Shown: positions 36,108 to 48,017 of the stretch, piece after piece
Layout: every line of letters starts with the position of its first letter
Position numbering within the stretch: position 1 is the first letter of the stretch
Assembly: GCF_963921235.1 (NCBI RefSeq)
Contig: NC_086108.1
Location: forward strand, 115,694,001-115,758,000
DNA: 64,000 nt
Direction of reading: 5' to 3'
Source of the DNA: Mobula hypostoma
Taxonomy: Eukaryota
The notes under the pieces: model-generated
The model's input: only the letters and a program-made list of their open reading frames with translations
Told to the model about the DNA's origin: nothing
Database searches by the model: none
Made by a program: the position numbers and the translations under genes

Positions 36108-39100
36108 ATGTTCTTCTGCACCCTCCCAGGTGCCAGGGTACGGGATGTCTCGGATCGGGTGCAGAGTATTCCGAAGGGAGAGGGTGACCAGTCAGAAGTC
36201 TTGGTACACGTTGATACCAATGACATAGGTAGAAAAAGAGAGGAGATCCTGAAGAGAGAATTCAGGGAATTGGGTAGTAAGCTTAAAAGCAGGACCTCTG
36301 GAGTAGTAATCTCAGGATTGCTGCCTGTGCCACGTGCTAGCGAGTGCAGGAATAGCATGATCAGGCATATTAAGGTGTGGCTGAGAGACTGGTGTAGGGA
36401 GTGGGGCTTCAGATTCCTGGATCATTGGGGCCTCTTCTGGGGGGGTGGGGTATGACCTATACAAAAAAGATAATTACACCTGACCCCAAAGGGGTCAAAT
36501 ATCCTAGCGCGCACATTTAATTGAGCTCTTAGGGAGGGTTTAAACTAATTTGGCAGGAGGATGGAAACCAGAGTGACAGGGTTGAGGAAGGGGAAAACAG
36601 AAATAAATCAAAGATAGTGTGCAACAGAGATTATAGAAAGAACAGGCAGGAGATGAAGCTTAAAGCCAGTGGCATGAGTTACAGGGCAATAGAGACATGG
36701 TGCAGTTAAAACAGAAAGCAACAAATACTGGACTGAGAGTGTTGTATTTGAATGCACACAGCATAAGAAATAAAATGGACAATCTTGAAATTCAGCTACA
36801 GATTGGCAAGTATGACATGGCCATCTCTGAAACTTGGCTAAAGGATAGCTGCCACTGAGAGCTGAACGTCCAAGGGTGTAGGGTGTATTGGAAAGAGTAG
36901 GCAGAGGGAGTGGTGTGGCTCTGTGTGTAAGAAATAATATTAAATCATTGGAGGAGATGACATAGGATTGGAAGGTGTAGAGTCTTTATGGGTTGAGTTC
37001 AGAAATGGAAAGTGTAACTGGACCCGAATGGCAGTTGTATACAGGCCTCCAAATAGCAGCCAGGATGTGGATTACAATTTACAGTAGGAGATAGAAAAGG
37101 TGTGTCAGAAGGGCAATTTAATGATAATCGTTGGGGATTTTAACATGAAAGTGGATTGGGAAGACCAGGCCAGTACTCGAGAGAGAATTTGTAGAATGTC
37201 CAGGTGATGGCTTTTTAGAACAGTTTGTTGCTGAGCCCAGTAGGGGATCGGTTGTGCTGGATTGGGTGTTGTGCAATGATCCAGAGGTGATAAGAGAGCT
37301 TATCACCTTAGGGAACAATGATCACAATATGATCGAGTTCACATTGAAATTTGAGAGGGAAAAAATAAAATCCAATGTGTCGATATTTCAGTGGAATAAG
37401 TTACAATGGCATGAGAGGGGAACTGGCTGAAGATGACTGGAAAGGGACATTTGCAGGAAGGACAGCAGAACAGCAATGGCTGGAGTTCTTGTGAAAAATG
37501 AGGGAAGTGCGAGACAGATATATTCCAAATAACAAGAAATTTTCAAAGGGAAGAAGGACACTACTGTGCCAGTCAAGTCAAGTCAGAGTCAAAGTAAAAG
37601 CAAAAGAGAGGACGTACAAGGAACCCAGAGCTAGTGGGAAGATAGAGGATTGGGAAGCTTTTAAAAACTTGCAGAAGGAAACTAAGAAGGTCATTTGGAA
37701 GGAAAAGATGAATTATGAGAGGAAGCTGCTGACTAATATCAAAGAAGATAATAAAAGTTTTTTTTTAAGTATATAAGGGTAAAAGGGAGTTGAGAGTAGA
37801 TATAGGACTAATACTAAATGAAGCTGGCCTGTCCCCTAAAACCCTCACTAATTTTTATAGATGAACCGTAGAAAGCATTCTTCTAGGGTGCATCACAACC
37901 TGGTATGGAAGTTGTCCTGTCCAAGACCGGAGGAAGTTACAGAAGATTGTGAACACAGCGCAGCACATCACACAAACCAATCTTCCATCCTTGGACTCAC
38001 TTTACACCGCATGCTGTCGGAGCAGTGCTGCCAGGATAATCAAGGACACGACCCACCCAGCCAACACACTTTTTGTCCCTCTTCCCTCCGGGAGAAGGCT
38101 CAGGAGCTTGAAGACTCGTAGGGCCAGATTTGGGAACAGCTTCTTTCCAAGTGAGATAAGACTGCTGAACGGATCCTGACCCAGATCTGCCTTTCATTTT
38201 TTTTTGCTCTACCTTACTTTCCCCTTTCTATTTTCTATTTATGATTTATAATTTAAATTTTTACTATTTACTATTGATTTGTACGCCAGAGAGCGTGAAG
38301 CACAGAATCAAATATCGCTGTGATGATTGTACGCTCTAGTATAAATTGTTTGGCGACAATAAAGTAAAGATATTGTAATGAGAAATGCAGAGATGGCAGA
38401 GGAACTGAATGCGTATTTTGCATCAGTCTTCATAGTGGAAGACATCTGCTGTATACCGGACATTCAAGAGTGACAGGGAAGTGAGGAAGGTTAATGGTCA
38501 GAGGGTAGATAAATCTCCTGGACCTGATGGAATGTACCCTGGGGTTCTGAAGGAAGTAGCTGGAGAGATTGCAGAGGCATTAACGATGATCTTTCAAGAA
38601 TCGATAGATTCTGGCATTGTACCGGATGGCTGGAAAATTGCAAATGTTACTCTGCTATTTAAGAAGGGTGGGAGGCAGCAGAAAGGAAACTATAGACTTG
38701 CTAGACTGACATCAGCGGTTGGGAAATTGTTGAAATCAATTGTTAGGGATGAGATTACGGTGTAGCTGGAGGCACATGACAAGATAGCCAAAGCCAGCAT
38801 GGTTTCCTGAAAGAAAAATCCTGCCTGACTAACCTACTGCAATTCTTTGAGGAAAGCCAGGTGACAAAGGAGAAGTAGACGTGTTGTACTTGAATTTTCA
38901 GAATGCCTTTGACAAGGTCCGGTACATGAGGCTGCTTAGCAAGATAAGAGCACGTGGAATTACAGGGAAGTTACTAGCATGGGTCAAGCATTGGCTGATC
39001 GGCAGAAAACAGAGAGTGGGAATAGAGGGATCCTATTCTGGCTGCCTGCCAGTTGCCAGTGGAGTTCCACAGGGGTCGATGTTGGGACTGTTACTTTTTA

Positions 39101-40084
39101 CGATGTATGTCAATGATTTGGACTATGGTATTAAGGGATTTGTGGCTAAATTTGCCGATGATACAAAGATAGGTGGAGGAGCAGGTAGTACTGAGGAAAC
39201 AGAGAGCCTGCAGAGAGACTAAGGTAGCTTAGGGAAATGGGCAAAGAAGTGGCAAATGAAATCCAATGTTGGAAAGTGTATGGTCATGCACTTTGGTGGA
39301 AGAAATAAACGGGCAGACTATTATTTAGATGGGGAGAGAATTCAAATTTCAGAGATGCAACGGGACTTGGGAGTCCTTGTGCAAGATACCCTGAAGGTTA
39401 ACCTTCAGGCTGAGTCAGTTGTGAAGAAGGTGAATGCAATGTTGGCATTCATTTCTAGAGGCACAGAATATAAGAGCAGGGATGTGATGTTGAGGCTCTA
39501 TAAGGCACTCGTGAGATCACACTTGGAGTATTGTGTGCAGTTTTGGGCTGCTTATTTTAGAAAGGATATACTGACATTGGAGAGAGTTCAGAGAAGATTC
39601 ACGAGAATAATTCCAGGAATGAGAGGGTTACCGTATGGGGAACGTCTGGCAGCTCTTGGGCTGTATTCCCTGCAGTACAGGAGAATGGGGGCGGGGGGGA
39701 TCTCACAAAAACATTCCAAATGTTAAAAGGCCTGAACAGATTAGATATGGCAAGGTTATCTCCCATGGTAGGGGATTCTAGGACAAGAGGGCATGACTTC
39801 AGGATTGAAAGACATCCTTTCAGAACTGAGCTGCGGAGAAATTACTTTCGTCAGAGGGTGGTAAATCTGTGGAATTTGTTGCCACGAGTGGCTGTGGAGG
39901 CCAAGTCATTGGGCGTATTTAAGGCAGAGATAGATAGGTTTTTGATTAGCCTGGACATCAAAGGGTAAGGGGTGAAAGCAGGGGAGTGGGGATAACTGGA
40001 AGAATTGGATCAGCCATGATTGAATGGCAGAGCAGACTCGATGGGCCGACTGGCCTACTTCTGCTCCTAAATCTTATGGTTTTG
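36108..40084 (+). mobile_element. CR1 LINE, near full length, decayed
   Basis: LPGARVRDVSDRV (ORF1), LYLNAHSIRNK, KSPGPDGMYP, KFADDTKIGG; TCTTATGG tail. Confidence 0.95.
37827..38368 (+). mobile_element. Rex/Babar-like LINE 3' fragment nested in CR1
   Basis: NTAQHITQTNLPSLDSLYTACC...PLPSGRRLRSLKTRRARFGNSFFP; AATAAAGT tail; very similar to 56062-56785. Confidence 0.85.
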
Positions 40085-40233
40085 TAATCCTTTCATTCCT
40101 GGAATCATCCTTGTGAACCTTCCCTGGACCCTCTCCCGACATTCCTGGTGGGGTGGGAGTGTTCGGTTTCCATCTCTTGGGCTTGCATCCTTCTAAAATT
40201 TGGTGAAAAAAATGTTGAGAATAAAATTTACTA

Positions 40234-40724
40234 CCAAAGTGGCCACATTTTTAGGTATAACTATGCACCTGTCATTAATTAAAATATTTCATCAACCAAT
40301 CATGTGATAGCATCTCAATGCATTAAAGCATGCAGACATCGTCAAGAGGTTCGGTTGTTCAGACCAAACATCAGAAAGGGGAAGAAATATGATTCAAGTG
40401 AATTTTACCATGATTGTTGGTGCCAGATGGAGTGGTTTGAGTATCTCAGAACCTGCTGTTTTCTGGAATTTTCACACACAACAGTCTTTAGATTTCACAG
40501 AGAATGATTCGAAAACAAAAAAAATCCAGAGAGAGGTCAGAGAAGAATTGCCAGAATGGTTCAAACTGACAAGAAGACAAAGGCAACTAAAAATAACCAC
40601 ACATATTACAGTGCAAATGAGCATTTTAAATGCACTCAAAATTGAACATTGAAGTGGATGCTCTACCGCATCAGAAAACTACACACGATTCCATTCCTGT
40701 ACCTAATAAAGTGGCCACCGAGTG
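40234..40724 (+). mobile_element. Short Tc1-family element, same family as 1684-2239
   Basis: Right TIR TGTACCTAATAAAGTGGCCACCGAGTG+TA; MIVGARWSGLSISE HTH remnant. Confidence 0.8.
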
Positions 40725-40949
40725 TATGTTACCACATACGAGCTTGAGATTCATTTTTGCAGGCATTTACAGAAAATAAAGGTATCCAATGGAATTTACT
40801 AAAAAAAAATGTAAACTGTAAAACTACATGTAGTAAAGACTGACAACCAACCAATGTGTCAAAGAAGACAAACTGTGCAAATAAAATAGAAAATTGAGAC
40901 TATGAGTTGTATATTTTAGTTTTATTTTTCATTTTTTTATGTACAAGTC

Positions 40950-41897
40950 ACTCATAGATCAGTTGCATTGGTAATCCCTCGTTCAGAGGGCACAGACAAT
41001 GGGTTGGTGAGCAGTGATGTCCAGGCAGGTAGCGTCAGTGAGCCAGAGCAGGAGGGGTGGAGTATTTCTGGGGGTGAGGGTGGGGGTGGGCAAGGTGAAT
41101 GGGGTATCAAACCAGAGGCTATTTTAGTTCTGGATGGCATCGAGCTTTCTCAGTGTCATTGCCACAAGTTTGATCCCATTCTCCAAGGCTGTCTGTGTGG
41201 AGACTGCAAGCTCTCCCCGAGACTACTATGTTTTGAATGCTATGGAGCTGACTAATTTTACAACTTTCTGCAGCTTGCTTCGATCCTGTCCAGCATAACC
41301 GCCGCTCCTGCCACCTCACACCAGGCAGAGATGCAGCCAGTCAGAATGCTCTCCATGGTACAACTGTAAAAGTTTTTGATGGTTTTAGTGAGAAACCAAA
41401 CCTCCTCAAACTTTTAATGAAATATAGTCATTGTCTTGTCTTTATAGCTGCATCGATATGTTGGGTCCAGGTTAGACATATTGACACCCAGGAACTTGAA
41501 TCTCTCTCCCCACGCCTGATCCCTCTGAGTATTGGTTCATGTTCCATCATTCTACCCTTTCTGACGTCCATAATCAGCTTTTTGGTCTTACTGTACAAGG
41601 TTGTTGCTGCGACACCACTCAACAAGCTGGTCTATCTCACTCCTGTTTGCCGTCTTGTCACCATCTCAGATTCTGACAACTTTATAGATGGCATTTGATC
41701 TCTGCCTAGCCAGTCATGGGCATAGAGAGAGTAGAGCAGTGGGCTAAGCACATACCCCTGAGGTGCACCAGTGTTGATCGTCAGTGAGGTGGAGATGTTA
41801 TCACCAATCTGCACATTGTAGACTTCCAGTTAGGAAGATGAGGGTCCATTTGCAGAGCGAAGTACAGAGGCCCAGGTTCAGTAGCTTTTCGATCAGG
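40950..41897 (-). mobile_element. Rex/Babar-like LINE RT fragment, decayed
   Basis: STSLTINTGAPQGYVLSPLLYSLYAHD; SKTKKLIMDVRKG; TWTQHIDAAIKTRQ. Confidence 0.8.
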
Positions 41898-43648
41898 ACA
41901 TTCCAAGTACTTGTATGTCAGTAAGTGAATTGGCAGCTGTAAATTATCCTTCTGTATGAGTGAGGGGTAGAATCTGGGGTGTGGGGGAAGTTAATGGGAA
42001 TGTGAGGTGAATGAAATGGGATTCGTGTAGGACTAGTGTCAATGGGTGTTTGGCGGTCAACACAGGACCTGAGGACTTACTTCTGTGCGGCATTACTCTG
42101 TGACACTTCCACTTAACAACTCACAGACACCGACAAACAGTGTTAGACCATAAGATATAGGAGCAGAATTAGCCCATCTGGCCCATTGATCATGTCTGAT
42201 CCTTTTATTTCTATCTCCTCCTCAACCCCAGTTCCCGGCCTTCTCCCTGTAACCTTTGATGCCATGTCCAATCAAGAACCTATAAATCTCTGCCTTAAAT
42301 ACGCCCAATGACCTGGCCTCCACAGCTGCATGTGGCAACAAATTTCACAAATTCACCACCCTTTGGCTAAAGAAAGTTCTCCACATCTCTGTTTTGAAAG
42401 GGCACCCCTCTATCTTGAGGCTGTGCCCTCTTGACCTAGACTCTCCCACCATGGGAAACATCCTTTCCACATCTACGTTGTCAAAGGGTTTTGATAAGAT
42501 CTCCCCTTATTCTTCTGAATTCCAGTGGGTACAAACCCAGAGCCATCAAACATTCCTCGTATGATAATCCTTTCATTCCCAGAATCATCCTTGTGAAACT
42601 CCTCTGGTCCCTCTCCAATGTCAGCACATCTTTTCTAAGATGGAGGGCCCAAAACTATTCACAATACTCAAGGTGAGGCCTCACCAATGCCTTATAAAGC
42701 CTCAGCATCACATCCTTGCTCTTATATTCTAGACCTCTTGAAATGAATGCTAACATGACATTTGCCTTCCTCACCACCAACTCAACCTGCAAGTCAACCT
42801 TCAGGGTGTTCTACACAAGGACTCCCAAGTCCCTCAGCATCTTGGATTCCTGGATTTTCTCCCTGCTTAGAAAATAGTCTGCACATTTATTTCTACTACC
42901 AAAGTGCATGACCATGTATTTTCTAACTTTGTATTTCATTTACCACCTTTTTGTCCATTCTCCTAGTCAGTCTAAGTCCTTCTGCATCCTACCTGTTTCC
43001 TCAACACAACTTGCCACTCTACCAATGTTCATATCATCTGCAAAGTTAGCAAAAAGCCATCATCTAAATCATTCATATACAACATAAGAAGAAGTGGTCA
43101 CAACCCGGACCCCTGCGAAATACTACTAGTCACTGGTAGCCAACCAGAAAAGGATCCTTTTATTCCCACTCGCTGCCTCCTACCAATCAGCCAGTGCTCT
43201 AAGCATGTTAGTAACTTTCCTGTTAACTTGGTAAGCAGCCTCATGTATGTCACCTTGTCAAAGGCCTTCGGAAAGTCCAAATATACAACATCCACCGCAT
43301 CCCCTTTATCTATCCTACTTGTAATCTCCTCAAAGAATTCCAACAGGTTCATCAGGCAGGATTTTCCCTTAAGGAAACCATGCTGACTTTGTCCTATCTT
43401 GTCCGGTGTCACCAAGTACTCCATCACCTCATCCTTAACAATTGATTCCAACATCTTCCCAACCACTGAAGTCAGGCTAACTGGTCGATAATTTCCTTTC
43501 TGCTGCCTTCCTCTTTTCTTAAAGTATGTAGTGACATTTGCAATTTTCCAGTCCTCTGGCACCTTTCTAGACTCCAATTATTTTTGAAAGACCATTTCTA
43601 TGCCTCCAGAATCTCGAATGCTACTTCTTTCATAACCCTAGGGTGCAG

Positions 43649-45646
43649 AATCAGAATCAGGTTTATTATCACCAGCATGTGATGTGAAATTTGTTAACTT
43701 AGCAGCAGCAGTTCAATGCAATACATAATCCAGAAGAGAAAAAAATAATAAATAAAACAAAAAATAAATAAGCAAGTAAATCAATTACAGTATATGTATA
43801 TTGAATAGACTTTATAAAAGCAAAAAAAACAAATACTGTATATTTTAAAAAAGTGAGGTAGTATTCAAGGGTTCAATGTCCATTTAGGAATTGGATGCCC
43901 CTCAATTCTGAAGCTGCGCCCTCTTGCCCTAGACTCCCCCACAATGGGAAACATCCTTTCCACACCTACTCTGTCTAGGCCTTTCAACATCCAAAAGGTT
44001 TCAGTGAGAACCCCCCTCATCCTTCTGAATTCTTGCAAGTACAGACCCAGAGCTATCAAATGTTCCTATCAAACCCTTTCATTCCCAGAATCATCCTTGT
44101 GAACCTCCTCTGGACCCTCTCCAATGCCAGCACATCTTTTCTAAGGTGAGGAGCCCAAAACTGTTCGCAATACTTAAGGTGAGGCCTCACCAGTGCCTTA
44201 TAAAGCGTCAGCTTCACGTCCCTGCTCTTGTATTCTAGACCTCTTGAAATGAATGCTAACATGGCATTTGCCTTCCTCACCACTGACTCTACCAGCAAGT
44301 TAACCTTTAGCGAATTCTGCACAAGGACTCCCAGGCCCCTTTGCATTCCAGATTTTTGGATTTTCTCCCCATTTAGATAATTGTCTGCACATTTACTTCT
44401 ACTACCAAAGTGAATGATCATGCATTTTCCAACGTTGTATTTCATTTGCCACTGTCTTGCCCATTCTCCTAATCTGTCTAAGTCCTTCTGCATCCTACCT
44501 GTTTCCTCAACACTACCTGTCCCTCCACCAATCTTCATATCATCTGCAAACTATTCCATCATCTAAATCATTGCTACGCATCATAAAAAGAAGTGGTCCC
44601 ATCACCAACCCCTGTGGAACACTACTAGTCACTGGCAGCCAACCAGACAAAGATCCTTTTTGTTTTCACTCGCTGCCTCCTACCAATCAGCCAATGCTCT
44701 ATCCATGTCAGTAACTTTTCTGTAATATCATGGGCTTTTAACTTGGTAAGCAGCCTCATATGTGGCCTCTTGTCAAAGGCATTCTGAAAATCCAGATATA
44801 CATGTAATGCACTGTACTGTTGCACTGCTAACGTAATGGTTGCTCTGTAGCAGCAGTGTTTGGGTTATGACTAGAGATAATGGGGACTTTGGAGTGTGTG
44901 GCATCCAATGAGAAGAGCGTGGTTTCTTCTTGTGTGTCTTAAAGTATTTGCGGTCTTTTGTCGGCAAGAGATGAGGAGAAGTGAGTGGAGAGAGGTGGTA
45001 GACTGCCAGACGGAGTGGATTTGGAGTGAGGGTCTGAGGGTCCGAGGTCAGTGACACTTGGAGGAGGTTGACGGGGAACAAATGGACGGAAATGTGAGCT
45101 CCAACATTGCGCATTCGACTGTTTCATTAAAATGGGCCCTTTTTCTTTTCTTTACTAACCCTATAGTCAGATTAAGATCAGAATCAGATTTAATATCACT
45201 GGCATGGGACGTGAAATTTGTTAACTTAGCAGCAGCAGTTCAATGCAATACATAATCTAGCAGAGAAAAAAATAATAAATAAGATAAAAATAATAATACT
45301 AAATAAACAAGTAAATCAATAGATTAAAAAAAATGAAAAAATGTGCAAAAACAGAAATACTGTACATTAAAAAAAAAGTGAGGTAATGTTCACAGATTCA
45401 ATATTCATTTAGGAATTGGATGCCAGAGGGGAAGAAGCTGTTCCTGAATCACTGAGTGTGTGCCTTCAGGCTTCTGTATCTCCTACCTGATGGTAACAGT
45501 GAGAAAAGGGCATGTCCTGGGTGCTGGAGGTCCTTAATAATGGACGCTGCCTTTTGAGACACCACTCTCTGAAGATTTTTCTTTAGGCTAGTACTCAAGA
45601 TGGAGCTGACTAGATTTACAACCCTCTGCAGCTTCTTTTGGTCCTG
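43649..45646. mobile_element. Nested block: Rex-like tail (-), CR1 RT fragment 43890-44802 (-), Gypsy LTR fragment 44803-45175 (+), Rex-like 3' end 45177-45646 (-)
   Basis: AATCAGAATCAG tails at 43649 and 45177; CR1 ORF 44056-44538; TGTAAT...GCAGTGTTTGGGTTATGA...AAATGGGCCCTTTT matches the reverse complement of LTR 24543-25017. Confidence 0.8.
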
Positions 45647-45719
45647 TTCGGTCCGGGTGATTTATGTACCTTTAGGTCATCCAGCTTTTTGAGCACCTTC
45701 TCTCTTTATCTTCTCTCGA

Positions 45720-48017
45720 GGTAATGGAGCCATTAGGAGGTAGTGACCGTAATATGGTAGGTTTGAATCTACAATTTGAAAGGGAGAAGGGAAAATCGGA
45801 AGTGTCAGTATTACAGTTGAACAAAGAGGACTATGGAGCCATAAGGGAGGAGCTGGTCAAAGTTGTCTGGAAAGATACCCTAGCAGGGATGACAGTGGAA
45901 CAACAATGGCAGGTATTTCTGGGAATAACAGAGAAGGTGCAGGATCAGTTCATTCCAAAGAGGAAGAGAGATTCTAAGGGGAGTAAGGGGAGGCCATGGC
46001 TGACAGGGAAGTAAAGGACAGTATAAAAATAAAAGAGAAGTATAACATAGCAAAGATGAGCAGGAAGCCAGAGGATTGGGAAACTTTTAAAGAGCAACAG
46101 AAGATAACTAAAAAGGTAATACGGGGAGAAAAGATGAGGTACGAAGGCAAGCTAGCCAAGAATATAAAGGAGGATAGTAAATGCTTCTTTAGGTATGTGA
46201 AGAGGAAAAAATTAGTTAGGACCAAAGTTGGGCCCTTGAAGACAGAAGTGGGTGAATTTGTTATGGGGAACAAGGAAATGGCAGACGAGTTGAACAGGTA
46301 ATTTGGATCTGTCTTCACCAGGGAAGACACAAACAATCTCCCAGATGTAACAGTGGCCGGAGGACCTAGGGTAACGGAGGAACTGAAGGAAATTCACATT
46401 AGGCAGAAAATGGTGTTGGGTAAACTGATGGGACTGAAGGATGATAAATCCCCAGGGCCTGATGGTCTGCACCCCAGGGTACTTAAGCAGGTGGCTCTAG
46501 AAATCGTGGATGCATTGGTAATTATTTCCAATGTTCTATAGATTCAGGATCAGTTCCTGAGGACTGGAGGGTAGCTAATGTTATTCCACTCTTTAAGAAA
46601 GGAGGGAGAGAGAAAACAGGGAATCATCGACCAGGTAGCCTGACATCAGTGCTGGGGAAGATGCTGGAGTCAATTATAAAGGATGAAATAGCGGCACATT
46701 TGGATAGCAGTAACAGGATTGGTCCAAGTCAGCATGGATTTACGAAGGGGAAATCATGCTTGACTAATCTTCTGGAATTTTTTGAGGATGTAACTATGAA
46801 AATGGACAAGGGAGAGCCAGTGGATGTAGTGTACCTGGACTTTCAGAAAGCCTTTGATAAGGTCCCACATAGGAGATTAGTGGGCAGAATTAGAGCACAT
46901 AGTATTGGAGGTAGGGTACTGATATGGATCGTAAATTGGTTGGCAGACAGGAAACAAAGAGTAGGGATTAACGGGTCCCTTTCAGAATGGCAGGCAGTGA
47001 CTAGTGGGGTACCGCAAGGCTCAGTGCTGGGACCACAGCTATTTACAATAGATATTAATGATTTAGATGAAGGGATTAAAAGTAACATTAGCAAATTTGC
47101 AGATGACACAAAGCTGGGTGGCAGTGTGAAATGTGCGGAGGATGTTGAGATAATGCAGGATGATTGGACAGGTTGGGTGAATGGGCAGATGCATGGCAGA
47201 TGCAGTTTAATGTGGATAAATGTGAGGTTATCCACTTTGGTAACAAGAACAGGAAGGCAGATTACTATTTGTATGGTGTCAAGTTAGGAAAAGGGGAAGT
47301 ACAACGAGATCTTGGTGTCCTTGTTCATCAGTCACTGCAAGTAAGCATGCAGGTACAGCAGGCAGTGAAGAAAGCTAATGGCATGTTGGCCTTCGTAACA
47401 AGGGGAGTGAGTATAGGAGCAAAGAGGTCCTTCTGCATTTGTACAAGGCCCTGGTGAGACCACACCTGGAGTATTGTGTACAGTTTGGTCTCCAAATTTG
47501 AGGAAAGGCATTCTTGATATTGAGGGAGTGCAGCAGAGGTTCACGAGGTTAATTCCCAGGATGGTGGGACTGTCATATGTTGAAAGATTGGAGCGACTGG
47601 GCTTGTATACACTGGAATTTAGAAGGATGAGAGGGGATCTGATTGAAACATATAAGATTATTAAGGGATTGGACACGCTAGAGGCAGGAAACATGTTCCC
47701 GATGTTGGGGGAGTCCAGATCCGGAGGCCACAATTTGAGAATAAGGGGTAGGCCATTTAGAATGGAATTGAGGAAAAACTTTTTCTCCCAGAGAGTTGTG
47801 GATCTGTGGAATGCTCTGCCTCAGAAGGCAGTGGAGGCCAATTCTCTGGATGCTTTCAAGAAAGAGTTAGATAGAGCTCTTAATGATAGCAGAGTCAAGG
47901 GATATGGGGAGAAGGCAGGAACAGGGTACTGATTGTGGATGATCAGCCATGATCACAGTGAATGGTGGTGCTGGCTCGAAGGGCCGAATGGCCTACTCCT
48001 GCACCTATTGTCTATTG
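45720..48017 (+). mobile_element. CR1 LINE, 5'-truncated ORF2, nested in an antiparallel CR1
   Basis: EPLGGSDRNMV; ORF 46649-47287 with YLDFQKAFDKVPH, VPQGSVLGPQLF, KFADDTK; CTATTGTCTATTGT tail. Confidence 0.95.
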
